This document shows positions 1 through 11,770 of a DNA stretch of 63,990 nucleotides, piece after piece. Under the pieces are notes generated by a model. It saw only the letters and a list, made by a program, of their open reading frames with translations, made no database searches and was not told the DNA's origin. The stretch comes from Octopus bimaculoides (Eukaryota): the NCBI RefSeq assembly GCF_001194135.2, contig NC_068986.1, forward strand, positions 68,548,486 to 68,612,475, written 5' to 3'. The stretch's first letter is position 1, and each line of letters starts with the position of its first letter. The position numbers and the translations under genes were made by a program.

Positions 1-393
1 GCTGTGTGGTAAGTAGCTTGTTTACCAACCACATGGTTCCGGGTTCAGTCCCACTGCGTGGCACCTTGGGCAAGTGTCTTCTACTACAGCCTCTGGCCAA
101 CCAAAGCCTTGTGAGTGGATTTGGTAGACAGAAACTGAAAGAAACCCGTCGTATATATGTATATATATATATGTATGCGTATGTGTGTATATGTTTGTGT
201 GTCTGTGTTTGTCCCCCCAACATCGCTTGACAACTAATGCTGGTGTGTTTACATCCCTGTAACTTAGTGGTTCGGCAAAAGAGACCAATAAAATAAGTAC
301 TAGGCTTACAAAGAAGAAGTCCTGGGGTCGATTTGCTCAGCTAAAGGCATTGCTTCAGCATGGCCACAGTCAAATGACTGAAACAAGTAAAAG
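1..393 (+). mobile_element. tRNA-derived CORE-type SINE (family A, resembles octopus OR/OK SINEs), young copy cut by window edge
   Basis: A-box-like (T)GGCTGTGTGG, B-box-like GGTTCAGTCCC, CORE-like GGCACCTTGGGCAAGTGTCTT, internal (TA/TG)n and tail GACTGAAACAAGTAAAAGA. More than 20 copies or fragments in the window. Confidence 0.85.
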
Positions 394-397
394 ATTA

Positions 398-1110
398 TGT
401 CATCATCATTTAATGTCCATTTTCCATACTGACATGGATTAGATGGTTTGACTGCAGATGTTAAGCCAGAGAGCTGCACCAAGCTCCAATCTGTTTCAGT
501 TTGGTTTCTACAGCTGGAGTGTACTGGGTATCTTTTATGTGTCACCAGCACTGACCATGACCACAATTTCACTTAGCTTGATATGTCTTTTCAAGCACAA
601 TTTGCTACAAGTCGCAGTCATTTGTCATTGACGCTGTGAGACCCAACATCTGAAAATCACACTTCACCACCTTGCCCCACATCTTGGGTCCACTTTTTCC
701 ACAAGTTTCTTCCACATTAGAAGTTGGCACTTCTTTGTGCAGCTGTCATCATCCATACGCATCACATGATCGTACTAGTGTAGTCTTCTCTCTTGCATAC
801 TACATCTGATGCCTCTTATTTTTCTTTTGTACATGCACACTTATTTGCACATGCAGCAGAGCATGCTAGCTTCATTTCTTTCAAGCCTTCACATGCCCTC
901 TGCTGTCACAGCCTATGTTTCACTGCCATGCAGCACGGCTGTTCGTGCACAGGCATTATACACTCTGCCTTTCACTCAGAGAGAAGCCCTTTTTTACTAA
1001 CAAAGGTAGAAGCTCTCTGAACTTTGCTCAGCCCATTCTTATTCTACCAGCTACACCCTCAGAGCATCCTCCTTCACTGCTGACTTGGTCACCTAAGTAA
1101 CGGAAGCTAT
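398..1110 (-). mobile_element. Decayed RTE-clade LINE 3' region with RTE-tailed SINE-like end
   Basis: Minus strand translates approximately to GIRCSMQERRLH*YDHVMRMDDDSCTKKC, like the RTE C-terminal RRLRWYGHVMRM. Ends in (GAT)n. Confidence 0.6.
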
Positions 1111-1847
1111 TACTTCTAAATATCCCCAATGGGCATTTGATGAAATCTATATCCTCTATGTACCTAGTGTTTATATATAAGGGAGCAAATCATCTCCTTT
1201 AGGGAAATACATTTTATATAGAGAACAGCAGTTCCCAGCTTTACCTGGATTTACTAATACCTAAAATAAATACAATCACATGAACTCACTATATTTTCAA
1301 TAAATTGCTTAAAAAGATGTTAAAACAATCTTTAATTGATCCAGAAGTGTTGATATACTCAGACCTGTGGCATCCAAGCAATTCCATTAGAAAGTATCAA
1401 AAAAGAAGACATATAGTCTATGACCTCCTTCAGAAGATGTGATCCTGTTCAAAATTTTCAGTTACCTAGCTCCACGGAATATATCATTTAACATCCATTT
1501 TCCATGCTGGTATGGGTTGGATATTTCAACAGGAACTGACAAGCCAGAGGACAATGCCAAGCTACAGCATATTCTGGCATGGTTTCAATAGCTGGATGCC
1601 CTTCCTAACCCCAATCATTTTACAGAGTGGTTGCTTTTTACATGGCACTGGTACTAGTGAGGTCTCCTAGTAACTCACAACTGAGGGGCTGTAGTATTGA
1701 GGGAAGTAGCATTATGCAAGGTGTTGTGAGGTTCATGAACAGGTGTCTTACTGTAGAAAAGATACATAGATGGCTACCCCTGTTGGAAAAGATGGCGATA
1801 AAAATGTGTGAGGATGTACCCTCAGGTGACAGAAGGTTAAATGTAAG

Positions 1848-2207
1848 TATATCTTTTATTTCAGTCATTTGACTGTGGCCATGCTGGGGCTCCACCTTGA
1901 AGAATTTTTAGTCAAATGAATCGATCCCAGTACTTGATTTTGTTAAACCTTATACTTATTTTATCAATCTCTTTTGCCAAACTACTAAGTGACAGGGTCA
2001 TAGATACACTAACATCAGTTGTCAAGTGGTGGCAAGGGGACAGATACAGACACACACAATGAGCTTCTCTCAGTTTCCATCTACCAGATCCACTCAAGGC
2101 TTTGGTTGGCCTGAGGCTATAGTAGAAGACTCTTGCCTAAGGTGCCAGATAGCAGGATTGAACCCAGAATCATGTGGTTGGGAAGTAAGCTTCTTACCAT
2201 ACAGCCA
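1848..2207 (-). mobile_element. Family A SINE, older copy
   Basis: Reverse complement of the family A consensus from head to GAAATAAAAGATA tail. Confidence 0.8.
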
Positions 2208-2874
2208 CATCATCATCATTATCATTTAACATCCTCCTTCCATGCTGGCATGGGTTGGACAGTTTGACAGGAGCTGGCTAGGCAGAAGCCTGCACCATAC
2301 TTCTGTATCTGTTTTGGCATGGTTTTTATGGCTGGATGCCCTTTCTAAAACCAACCACCCCGCAGAGTAGTGCAGACAGGAATGGGGAGTGAAAGATAAT
2401 CATAGTGTATGAAGACGAAATGTGAGGAAGGGAAGAGATGTGGTAGTTTGGTTTATTGGGGTAGGGTGTGTGAAAATTTTGTTTCATGTGGGGTGGAACA
2501 CACTTGGAGAACTCAGTTTCGCCTATGTGGGCATCACCAGACATCTTGGTCCATTGTCATTTCTTCTGCCCATTAAAATACTTTTAACAAACTCGTCATC
2601 TAATATGCAAGCCATTGCAGTTACAAGATATAGTTTATTAACTATATTGATCTGAACATTTAAATAAAAACAATAAATGCTTTAAATTTCAAGATTTATT
2701 CTTTTAAAAAAAACAAAACATCTTTTTCAATGAATAAAGTTATGTTTCAAATTTTTTTATGTTAACTGAAAGCATTAATTCAAATAGAGCAGATGTTTAC
2801 AAGTGATGGGGAAGATAGAATAGATTTTAATAGATCCTGTGTATTAGTGCTGAAGAATAGTGAAAAGTTGTTAC

Positions 2875-3065
2875 TTAGCCCCAGGTCAGCTTTCATCATG
2901 CAGACCTATGATTCTGGTCTTGACCATTCAGTCTTTCTTCAGATACAGTCTATCTAGGACTATATTATCCAATGTCTTCCTTTTTGAAAAACTAGGGTAT
3001 GATTTGAGGAAGGAGTTTAGCTGCTATTTCTAGCAGAGCTAGTGACTGTGTAATGGTGGTTTCCT
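2875..3065 (+). mobile_element. Interspersed repeat family D (TTAGCCCCAGGTCAG...GCTGCTATTTCTAGC), probably a SINE
   Basis: Related copies near 7790-7880, 16555-16700, 19260-19340, 20290-20450, 21330-21420, 21920-22030, 23610-23790, 29810-29880 and 60720-60900. Confidence 0.6.
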
Positions 3066-3318
3066 CATTGGCTCATTTGTGAAGAGTATACAAAGAAATG
3101 TTTGACAGTGTAGACAGGGGCTTTAAGAATAACAATATAAAGATCATCTCTGCTGTTACCATTTTTGTTTGTTTTTTTCATTTTTATTCCATTTTTAAAA
3201 AGTTTTTTTTTCTTAAAGAATCTCCCTTTCCAATTGATTGATAAAGTTGATGTCACATAAGTAAAATGTACAAATTCGGTTGTTGGGTTCTGGTTTATAA
3301 AATAGCAAACTGTTACAC

Positions 3319-3324
3319 TTTATT
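3319..3324 (-). promoter_or_regulatory. Candidate polyadenylation signal AATAAA about 40 nt after the putative stop
   Basis: tttatt on the plus strand. Alternative hexamers at 3183-3188 and 2695-2700. AT-rich context makes chance matches likely. Confidence 0.3.
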
Positions 3325-3364
3325 GTTATTGTTGCATATCAGTCAATGAATATGCTGGTGCCAT

Positions 3365-3394
3365 TTACATTGCTTCCTGTTCATAAAACTGTAC
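3365..3394 (-). CDS. PLEKHF2: Putative terminal coding exon: VQFYEQEAM*
   Basis: Strong acceptor ttatttttattttcag|GTA CAG TTT TAT GAA CAG GAA GCA ATG TAA. Phase 0 matches the 5834 donor, and AT-rich UTR-like sequence with AATAAA follows. I have no homology support that I can verify. Confidence 0.6.
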   Translation of the reverse strand, partial: VQFYEQEAM

Positions 3395-3576
3395 CTGAAA
3401 ATAAAAATAAACGAAAGAGGGTCATCATTTCTGCTGGTAGAGGGTTTTGTTTCATATAGAGTTATAAAAGCTTAGAGACAGCCATGGAAAGAATGGAAGA
3501 AAGCAAGGAACAATATCGGAAAGCTAGGCATCAGATATATTTGCTGAGGAGAAACACAAAAATTAAGTGGTTTACA

Positions 3577-3968
3577 TAGGCGCAGGAGTGGCTATGTGGT
3601 AAGTAGCTTGCTTACCAACCACATGGTTCCAGGTTCATTCCCACTGCGTGGCATCTTGGGCAAGTGTCTTCTACTATAGCATCAGGACGACCAAAGCCTT
3701 GTGAGTGGATTTGGTAGACGGAAACTGAAAGAAGCCTGTCGTATATATGTATGTGTGTGTATATGTTTGTGTGTCTGTGTTTGTCTCCCCAACATCGCTT
3801 GACAACCAATGGTGGTGTGTTTACGTCCCCGTAACTTAGTGGTTTGGCAAAAGAGACCATTAGAATAAGTACTAGGCTTACAAAGAATAAGTCTTGGAGT
3901 CGATATGCTCGACTAAAAGCGGTGCTCCAGCATGGCCACAGTCAAATGACTGAAACAAGTAAAAGAGT
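3577..3968 (+). mobile_element. Family A SINE, full-length young copy in the last intron
   Basis: Starts TAGGCGCAGGAGTGG and ends AAGTAAAAGAGTA. About 90% identical by eye to 1-393 and 12292-12671. An older copy follows at about 4055-4450. Confidence 0.88.
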
Positions 3969-5084
3969 AAATGTTCTGTGATGAGAATCAAGAGACTAAG
4001 ATGTGGAATGCAAAGCACTTGCATCAGGGCATTGTTGTTGAAAAGTATGGAGGTACAGGCATGGCTGTACAGTCAAGAAGCAACTGCATTGTTTTGGGTT
4101 CAATCCCACTGCATAGCACTTTGAACAAATGTCTTCTACTATAGCCCCAGGCCAACAAATACCTTGTAAGTGAATTTGGTACATGGAAACTGTTTGGAAA
4201 CCTCTTGTGTATGTGCATGTATGTGTGTGTGTGCACATATACATATATATGAGTATGTATATATATATATATATATATAGATATATATATGTGTATATAT
4301 ATATATATATATAGATATATATATGTGTGAGTGTGAGTCAGTGTGTTAGTTCTTCTCCAGCAATACTTGACAACCAGTGTTGCTTTGATTATATCTGCAT
4401 AATTTAGTGGTTTTGGCAAAAGAAACTGATAGAATAAGTAGAACTTAAAATGTGTAAGACAAGAAAAAGCAAACAAGGTATGAAATAACAGAGTCATGTT
4501 GACCCTTATATGATACAAAGAAGAAAGAATTATAGAAATGCCATTTACTGAAGGTGAATGAGGAGAACGCTCGGAAGAGAAAAAGAGAGATTATACTAAA
4601 TACAGTCAACCGTGGGGCAGCTATATTGTCAAAGGGATAATCACCGAGATGCTGCGAATATTCAGTGATGTCCAATATTTGGATTGAATTTGCTCATCCA
4701 GCCATATATGTCCAATGCAGTTTAGTTACCTTTAATACCACTTTCAGCCAGTGGCTAAAGGGGCCATGATGACCAGTCAATTATAGCTGATTAAGAAATA
4801 TAGTATGGTGACTGAATAAAAGCAAATACATATAGAAACTGCAGTGAGTGCAGCAGACATCTGAAGTATGAAAGTACTTCAGAGAGAAAAGAAACAAATA
4901 GTGGCTAAATTTGGGTGCAATGTGACTGGTAAAATGAAATTTGCTCCTCGTTTCTAGTGTCCAGCAATGGATGAATTGAAGTTAGACAACAACTCATGAA
5001 ACATTATCAAGTCCAGAATGTAAAGAAACACAACTAAATATCAGAAGATACTGTCCACTGATCTACTAATTCAGTCATTATGTC

Positions 5085-5290
5085 CTAATAATGGTTTCAA
5101 ATTCAGGGACAAGGCCACCAATTTTAGGGGTTGAGTTAAGTTGATTACATTGACTCCAGTGATCAACCAGCACTTATTTTATTGACCCTAAAAGGATGAA
5201 AGGCAAAGTTGACCTCACTGACATTTGAACTCAAAACATAAAGATGGATGAAATACCACTTAACATTTTGTTTGGCATACCAATTATTCT
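5085..5290 (-). mobile_element. Meta/MESC-domain SINE (family B)
   Basis: Reverse complement of GAGTTCAAAT...CTTTCATCCTTT.GGGTCAATAAAATAAGT, the Meta-domain-like core. Confidence 0.7.
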
Positions 5291-5339
5291 GCCAGCTTGC
5301 TCCCTTTTCACAGCCTAATAATAAATAATGAAAAGAAAA

Positions 5340-5765
5340 ATGTTTTTCATGCCCTGCTTGAGAAGATCCGACAAGCCAAGTGAAATCATAGTTGTGACTG
5401 ATGTCGGTGTCATGTAACAGATACCTGTGCCAGTGGCACATAAAAAGCACCCTTCAAACGTTGGACCTCATGGGGGTGATAAGTGACTGAGACCTTTGGT
5501 GATATGCCATGCTTGAGAAGACTCGTCAAGCCAACTGTGGCCGATACTGGTGCCATGTAACCAGTACCCATGCCAGTGAAACGTAAAAAGCACCCATTAC
5601 ACTCTTGGAGTGGTTGACATTAGGAAGAGCATCCAACTGTAGAAACCATGCCAAATCAGGCTGGAACCTGGTGCAGCTCTCCAACTTACCAGTTTCAGTC
5701 AAACCATCTAACCCATGCCAGCATGGAAAGCAGATGCTAAATGATGATGATGATGATGATGTTGA
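5340..5765 (+). mobile_element. Nin/Deu-domain SINE with RTE-like tail (family C)
   Basis: Core GGTTGACATTAGGAAGAGCATCCA.CTGTAGAAA and tail ACCCATGCCAGCATGGAAAG...(GAT)n. Other copies at about 1480-1680, 2215-2370, 17395-17565, 25705-25860, 27095-27295, 29885-30080, 36160-36370, 58270-58410 and 61740-61842. Confidence 0.75.
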
Positions 5766-5833
5766 TGAATACCTTTTGTTTCAGAAAAACATTTTTTCAA
5801 AGGAATATTATTGTAGGATATGCTTATAAATAC

Positions 5834-5958
5834 CTGTTGATCATGGTAATTTGCATTGATAGCACTGTCCAAGAAAGTGTTTTTCTCATCTTCATCATCA
5901 TTGTCATCATCTGATGAGTCGTCAGCAGATGAATCTCCGTCATCATTTGTTGGGCAAT
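5834..5958 (-). CDS. PLEKHF2: Phafin exon, acidic poly-Asp tail: (Y)CPTNDDGDSSADDSSDDDNDDEDEKNTFLDSAINANYHDQQ
   Basis: atttcag|AT TGC CCA...CAA CAG|gtattt, 125 nt, phase 1 to 0, compatible with the preceding exon. The Asp/Ser-rich tract corresponds to the Phafin2 C-terminal SDDDDDDDSSD. The donor is weaker than the others. Confidence 0.85.
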
Positions 5959-6089
5959 CTGAAATTAAATAGTTAAATCTTGAATCCTTTATTTGTAATA
6001 GAGAGGAAATTTTAAGTAAGGCAATCAAGGAATGAACAAAAGCTAATGAAAATGATTAAATAAAAAAAAAATGTTTTCATATTTATAAG

Positions 6090-6470
6090 TAGCTGTGTGG
6101 TAAGAAGTTTGCTTCCCAACCACATTGTTCTGTGTTCAGTCCCACTGAACCATGGGCAAGTGTCTTCTACTATAGCCTCGGGTTGACCAAAGCCTTGTGA
6201 ATGGATTTGGTGGGTGGAAACTGAAAGAAAGCTGGTGTCTGTGTGTGTGTGTGTGTGTGTTTGTTTGTTCGTTTGTTTGCCCCACCACCACTGCTTGACA
6301 ACAGCTCTTGGTGTGCTTATGTTCCCAAACAGTTCAGCAAAAGCAACCAAGAGAGTAAGTACCAGACCTAAAGAAAAACTAAGCACTGGGGTCAACTCAT
6401 TCAACTACAAATTCTTCAAAGTAGTGACCCAAGATGGCTGCAGTCTAATGACTGAAACAAGTAAAAGATA
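6090..6470 (+). mobile_element. Family A SINE, older copy
   Basis: Same head, CORE and tail motifs as 1-393. Confidence 0.8.
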
Positions 6471-6599
6471 AGCAACAAGAGGTTCACAAAGATGATGCTC
6501 CATTTCAGTTCGAAATTGAGTTATAGTGATGCTAGTTTCTTCATGCTCAAAAACCATGTGGGAGAGCAGCAAACATTCAAGGGGCCATGTAAACTGATC

Positions 6600-7085
6600 C
6601 TTGATGCTGCAGGACTTTTCTTCTTGCCTGCACTTGGTATTTTAAAAGTGAAGGTCGGTCTATGTATCTGAGCCCACTCTTTAGTCTTGGAGGTCTTACC
6701 ACAGTGACTCAGCAGACTAAGATAGCTGTGATGACCAGCAAGGTCACATTGAAGTGGCCTTCTGGGTGGATTGCCTTACTAGAGAGCTCCACCTACCCTG
6801 GAGTTACTGGAAGGGTATCAAAGAGGATGCTAGACCATTGGAGGGATGCCCACTCTTGGATTTGCTGTTGAGGTTGTCTATCCTAGTCTTTTCCTTTCTC
6901 AAGGCAGTGAGGGTTTGTGCTTGGAGTTTCTTCCATAGCTGGAACCCTAACAGGTGCTACTACTCTGGGTCAGAGTAGACCTAAGAGCAATAGTTGCTAA
7001 AAGGTGCTCCCACACTCCCCAAAACCCTGGAACTGCCAAACTAGGGCCCTACAACCAGATGCAGTTTAAAGTCATACTCAGAACT
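6600..7085 (+). mobile_element. GC-richer non-coding relic resembling RTE-related element termini
   Basis: GTATCTGAGCCC...GGAGGTCTTACC and TACTCTGGGTCAGAGTAGACC...GATGCAGTTTAAAGTCATAC resemble termini of invertebrate RTE-related repeats from memory. No protein-level support. Confidence 0.35.
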
Positions 7086-7184
7086 GAGTAGCAGTACAAG
7101 AGTAATAAATGTATGTCTTGAGTACAATACTGACATTTACAGAGGTAAAGATTCCCAGAAAATTTGATATCTAATGAAACGCCT

Positions 7185-7385
7185 GACTGGCCTTCGTGCC
7201 AGTGGCACGTAAAAGCACCCACTACACTCTCGGAGTGGTTGGCATTAGGAAGGGCATCCAGTTGTAGAAACTCTGCCAAATCAGATTGGAGCCTGGTGTA
7301 GCCACCTGGTCCACCAGTCCTCAGTCAAATCGTCCAACCCATGCTAGCATGGAAAGCGGACGTTAAACAACAATGATGATGATGA
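7185..7385 (+). mobile_element. Family C (Nin/Deu) SINE 3' part, young copy
   Basis: GGTTGGCATTAGGAAGGGCATCCAG core. The 3' 100 nt are nearly identical to 61740-61842. Confidence 0.8.
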
Positions 7386-7392
7386 ATAAGTA

Positions 7393-7602
7393 CAGGGTGG
7401 GCCAAAAGTCACGTACCAAAACCTTTGACATTTTATATTACATTATTATTATTACTTATTTATTTTGTTCATCATGTAAAAGTACTTGTGAATTCATCAC
7501 TATTTTATTTATTTTATACAATATTAGAAGAATTGAAGCATGCCTTTGACAATTCCAGAGCATATTGAACTTGTTTTGTGTGTGTCTTTTTGGCCCACCC
7601 AG
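7393..7602. mobile_element. Tc1/mariner-type MITE
   Basis: TA|CAGGGTGGGCCAAAAGTCAC ... GTGTCTTTTTGGCCCACCCAG|TA: TIRs of about 20 bp with TA duplication and an AT-rich interior. Confidence 0.8.
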
Positions 7603-8576
7603 TATTAAAAGTCTTTCCTCAAGACATAATAAAATACTTGTAGCAGGAACTGCTTTTACACATATTTATTTCATTTCTTTTAAAGCATGATTAAGAAGTC
7701 GTTGTTTGATCTTCTAGAAATAGCAAAATCTTCCACAAACCACCATACCTTACCTTCTTCCTCAAAATAAAAAATAACATGAAAAAGTACAGTTGCTGAT
7801 AAACAAAAGAGATTAAAACGTTATGGTTGGACTGCTTCTGATCATAAGTTTCCTTATGATCAGTGTTGACTTGAGGTTAAACAAGAATTTATCAAAATTT
7901 ACTTGTAAAGAAAATAGGTTTTAAAAGAGCTAACATTCTATCACACCATCTTTTACACCATTCCTCAATGGTAAAATCAATAAGGATGGTCAAAATAATA
8001 GGATATCAAATAACCAACTGAAAGGTTAATGGTTTATATTCTCTTGATGGCACTACGTCATGTCCATGGTAAAAACATTTATTAGTCAATTCACCTGACC
8101 CTATCTAGGTACAATAAGGGGTATTATCCATCCTTGTAAACAGCAGTAGAATTGTGGAATTGAGTATTTTTTTCATTCTTCAGGCTTACAACCTAAACCT
8201 GCTGATAAATGAAGTCCAATGGAAAATGTCAAGAGTAACCATGAACCTACCACACACACACATCACCATTATCATTGTTGTTTTAACTTTACCATGATTG
8301 CAATGGGTCAAAAGACAGCTTATTGAGGCAGATTTTCTATGGCTGAATGCCTTTGTGTGTGTGTGTGTGTGTCATATATAAAGAGCTAGAAAAAATGTCT
8401 GGGAATCCAATAGAGGGCAGATATGGTGTTTTTACACCTTTTGCCATAAGGCTGAATTTTGTTCTCCATGGTAACTGCAGTGAATTTGTCTTTAGAAGTT
8501 GAGGTTTATCACAAACATATTTTAACTCAGCTAAATTTCAGTTATACCTAAACATTGCTTGGCACTGACACTGCTG

Positions 8577-8621
<45 letters not shown>

Positions 8622-9151
8622 NNNNNNNNNNNNNNNNNNNNNNNNNNNNNNNNNNNNNNNNNNNNNNNNNNNNNNNNNNNNNNNNNNNNNNNNNNNNNNN
8701 NNNNNNNNNNNNNNNNNNNNNNNNNNNNNNNNNNNNNNNNNNNNNNNNNNNNNNNNNNNNNNNNNNNNNNNNNNNNNNNNNNNNNNNNNNNNNNNNNNNN
8801 NNNNNNNNNNNNNNNNNNNNNNNNNNNNNNNNNNNNNNNNNNNNNNNNNNNNNNNNNNNNNNNNNNNNNNNNNNNNNNNNNNNNNNNNNNNNNNNNNNNN
8901 NNNNNNNNNNNNNNNNNNNNNNNNNNNNNNNNNNNNNNNNNNNNNNNNNNNNNNNNNNNNNNNNNNNNNNNNNNNNNNNNNNNNNNNNNNNNNNNNNNNN
9001 NNNNNNNNNNNNNNNNNNNNNNNNNNNNNNNNNNNNNNNNNNNNNNNNNNNNNNNNNNNNNNNNNNNNNNNNNNNNNNNNNNNNNNNNNNNNNNNNNNNN
9101 NNNNNNNNNNNNNNNNNNNNNNNNNNNNNNNNNNNNNNNNNNNNNNNNNNN

Positions 9152-9193
<42 letters not shown>

Positions 9194-9498
9194 CATGACC
9201 AGCAAATTTGAAAGATAAACACATCTATATTTAAAGGTCCTTTTTATATCTAAGGTGGGGTAAGATGATAAAGAAGTGAAGAAAAATGAGGCTTAAGATT
9301 CCCACAGTAGCTGATGCTGCAGAGGTGAGTAGTTAACAGATTTTTTTTTCCTGACTATTTGTCATTTCTGTAATGATGATAAATGCAATAGCTAGTCATG
9401 CTATAAATAATGACTTGAAATTGCAGCAGCAGTGTCACTATGCAAAATTTGAAGTTACACAAACATGCCTGGTTAGTGTGAATGAAGGAAATACTCAC

Positions 9499-9655
9499 AA
9501 ATGTCAGTAGGTGTAGTAGCAGCTGAACTATTATTTGCACATGCTCGGTAACAATTGTTGCACACCCTCTGAGGTTTTGATGATTGCTGTGGGAGAAGAA
9601 GCTTACTGCTGGAGCATGGGTTACATACTACAATGCCACATTTCCGACAGTGATG
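9499..9655 (-). CDS. PLEKHF2: Phafin exon, FYVE C-half: HHCRKCGIVVCNPCSSSKLLLPQQSSKPQRVCNNCYRACANNSSAATTPTDI
   Basis: ttttgcag|CAT CAC TGT...GAC ATT T|gtgagt, 157 nt, phase 0 to 1. Contains the HHCR and RVC motifs and the remaining Zn-ligand cysteines. Lies inside ORF 9473-9661. Confidence 0.97.
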
Positions 9656-10006
9656 CTGCAAAACAAAAAATAAATAAATAAAGGTTAATAAAATGGTGTA
9701 AATGAGATATTCAAACTCTAATAGTTTTTATTTGGCTGTAGGGATTATACTGTGTAACATGATTTTTGTCCTTGGGTAGCAATTGTTATTTCCTATTTGC
9801 TTACTCCTAGAAAGTATGAACATTTTTTTGTTACATTTATTCAAACCCCAAAGAATCCTCCTCAGCACATGGCTATGATTCTCCCCCACTACTCCTGCTC
9901 ATGATCAGAGATGCACATATTGTCAGCCACTAAGGGACATGCTCAAGTGATTAAGGTCAAGCAAATGACAAGCAAATCTGTGGTATTGAGCAGAATATTT
10001 GCTATA

Positions 10007-10225
10007 TAGGCGAAGGAGTGGCTGTGTAGTAAGTAGCTTGCTTACCAACCACATGGTTCTGGGTTCAGTCCCACTGCGTGGCACCTTGGGCAAGTGTCTT
10101 CTACTATAGCCTCGGGACGACCAAAGCCCTGTGAGTGGATTTGGTAGACGGAAACTGAAAGAAGCCTGTCGTATATATGTATATATATATATATATATGT
10201 ATGTGTGTTTGCGTGTCTGTGTTTG
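10007..10225 (+). mobile_element. Family A SINE 5' half, young, truncated by N gap
   Basis: Near-consensus head and CORE. Another decayed copy lies on the minus strand at about 10880-11135. Confidence 0.85.
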
Positions 10226-11440
10226 NNNNNNNNNNNNNNNNNNNNNNNNNNNNNNNNNNNNNNNNNNNNNNNNNNNNNNNNNNNNNNNNNNNNNNNNNNN
10301 NNNNNNNNNNNNNNNNNNNNNNNNNNNNNNNNNNNNNNNNNNNNNNNNNNNNNNNNNNNNNNNNNNNNNNNNNNNNNNNNNNNNNNNNNNNNNNNNNNNN
10401 NNNNNNNNNNNNNNNNNNNNNNNNNNNNNNNNNNNNNNNNNNNNNNNNNNNNNNNNNNNNNNNNNNNNNNNNNNNNNNNNNNNNNNNNNNNNNNNNNNNN
10501 NNNNNNNNNNNNNNNNNNNNNNNNNNNNNNNNNNNNNNNNNNNNNNNNNNNNNNNNNNNNNNNNNNNNNNNNNNNNNNNNNNNNNNNNNNNNNNNNNNNN
10601 NNNNNNGTAGGTCACAAAAGCAAATTTTTGAGGGAATAGCAGTCATTTCCTTTGATTTCTAGATAAAAACAAATAGAAAATAACACTTACTGACCAAAGA
10701 CAAAAAAAAAAAAGAATTTTTGTTACACAGTGTTATGTTTAAATAAAATTATTTCCTGAGTCTTTTCACAATTTAGTTTTATGCACATATCTTTATAGTT
10801 TGATTGATGAATTATTTCAAAAATAGAGCACTGTCTTGAAGGGAGAGTTTAGGCAAACAAACCAACCCCGTTTCTTATTGTTTTAAGCCTGGTACTTATT
10901 CTATTGGTGACCTTTTATCAAACTGCTAATTTATGAGGATGTGAACAAACCAACACTGGTTGTCAAGTAGTGGTGAATGGAGACAAAAACAAAGATGCAG
11001 ACACAGATATATGATAGGTTTCTTTCAGTTTCTATCACCCAAATCAACTCACAAAGCTTTGTGTAGTGAGACTGAACCCTAGACCACATGGTTAGGAAGC
11101 AAATTTCTCAACCACACAGCAATGCCTACACCTGTATTCTGTTTAGGTGGGAAATGTTTCTCTTGTCAGCTTGGTATACTATTGAAAAGTTATTTATTTA
11201 ATGGCACGACACCATGCCAGTAACGAAACCTAAACGTGTGATTTATGAGTTTGAAAAGCAATAGGCTTGTCAATCCCTTGATATTTGTAAATAAGCACAG
11301 AAATGTAAAAGCTGTCAATATATAATTTGTAATGTTAGGAAGGAGCCAAAGAGAGAGCCAGCCATTCAACATAGTGATTCCACAAGCTAATTTTCATTGC
11401 TGAGAACTAAAAAAAAAACATTTGAAGCTGTGAAATCAGC

Positions 11441-11770
11441 AAACTGGCAGAATCATTAGTGCACCGGGCAAAATACTTGAAAGTTCTAATTATAATGTGT
11501 TCGGTTCTATCACCTGTGCTAACAATGGTTACCTAAAGAAATACCGATAAGCATATTGCCCAGGGTGCTAACGATTCTGGCAGCTCACCGTCCTCCGGGC
11601 AAAATACTTAATGGCATTTTGTCCATTTTCAAGTTCTGAGTTCAAATTCCACCAAGGTCCACCTTTCATCCTTTCAGGGTCAAAAAAAGTACTGGTTGAG
11701 TACTGGGGTCAATGTAATTGATTTCCTCCTACCCCAAAATTGCTAGCCTTGATGCAAATATTGGTTTCAA
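11441..11770 (+). mobile_element. Family B SINE interrupted by a 116-bp insertion
   Basis: Head CTGGCAGAATCATTAG and Meta core CTTTCATCCTTTCAGGGTC. Direct repeat CCGGGCAAAATACTT at 11464-11478 and 11595-11609. Confidence 0.75.

Noticed and set aside
3577-3650. tRNA-like sequences with A and B boxes
   Set aside because: These are SINE heads without a complete cloverleaf or acceptor stem. No true tRNA or rRNA gene was seen in the window.
6-3860. Recurrent short ORFs such as MVSFAEPLSYRDVN..., QIHSQGFG.PEAIVEDTC (also near 6012, 12350, 20753, 30403, 55692, 57778)
   Set aside because: These are chance translations of family A SINE copies, not a protein family.
4480-5050. Coding-like decayed stretch (IIEMPFTEGE..ERSEEKKRDY; KFGCNVTGKMKF)
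   Set aside because: It has only a vague resemblance to RLE-LINE or pogo motifs and multiple stops, so it cannot be assigned.
5708-5833. Read-through of the acidic exon giving a tail with a poly-His run
   Set aside because: The His run is the antisense (GAT)n tail of a family C SINE. A usable donor at 5834 and an in-phase downstream exon explain the gene better.
6575-6680. Possible HDV-like ribozyme in the RTE-like relic (GGGGCCATG; TGCAGG...CCTGCA hairpin)
   Set aside because: I could not fit the nested P1-P2-P3-P1.1-P4 double pseudoknot. Only a simple hairpin is present.
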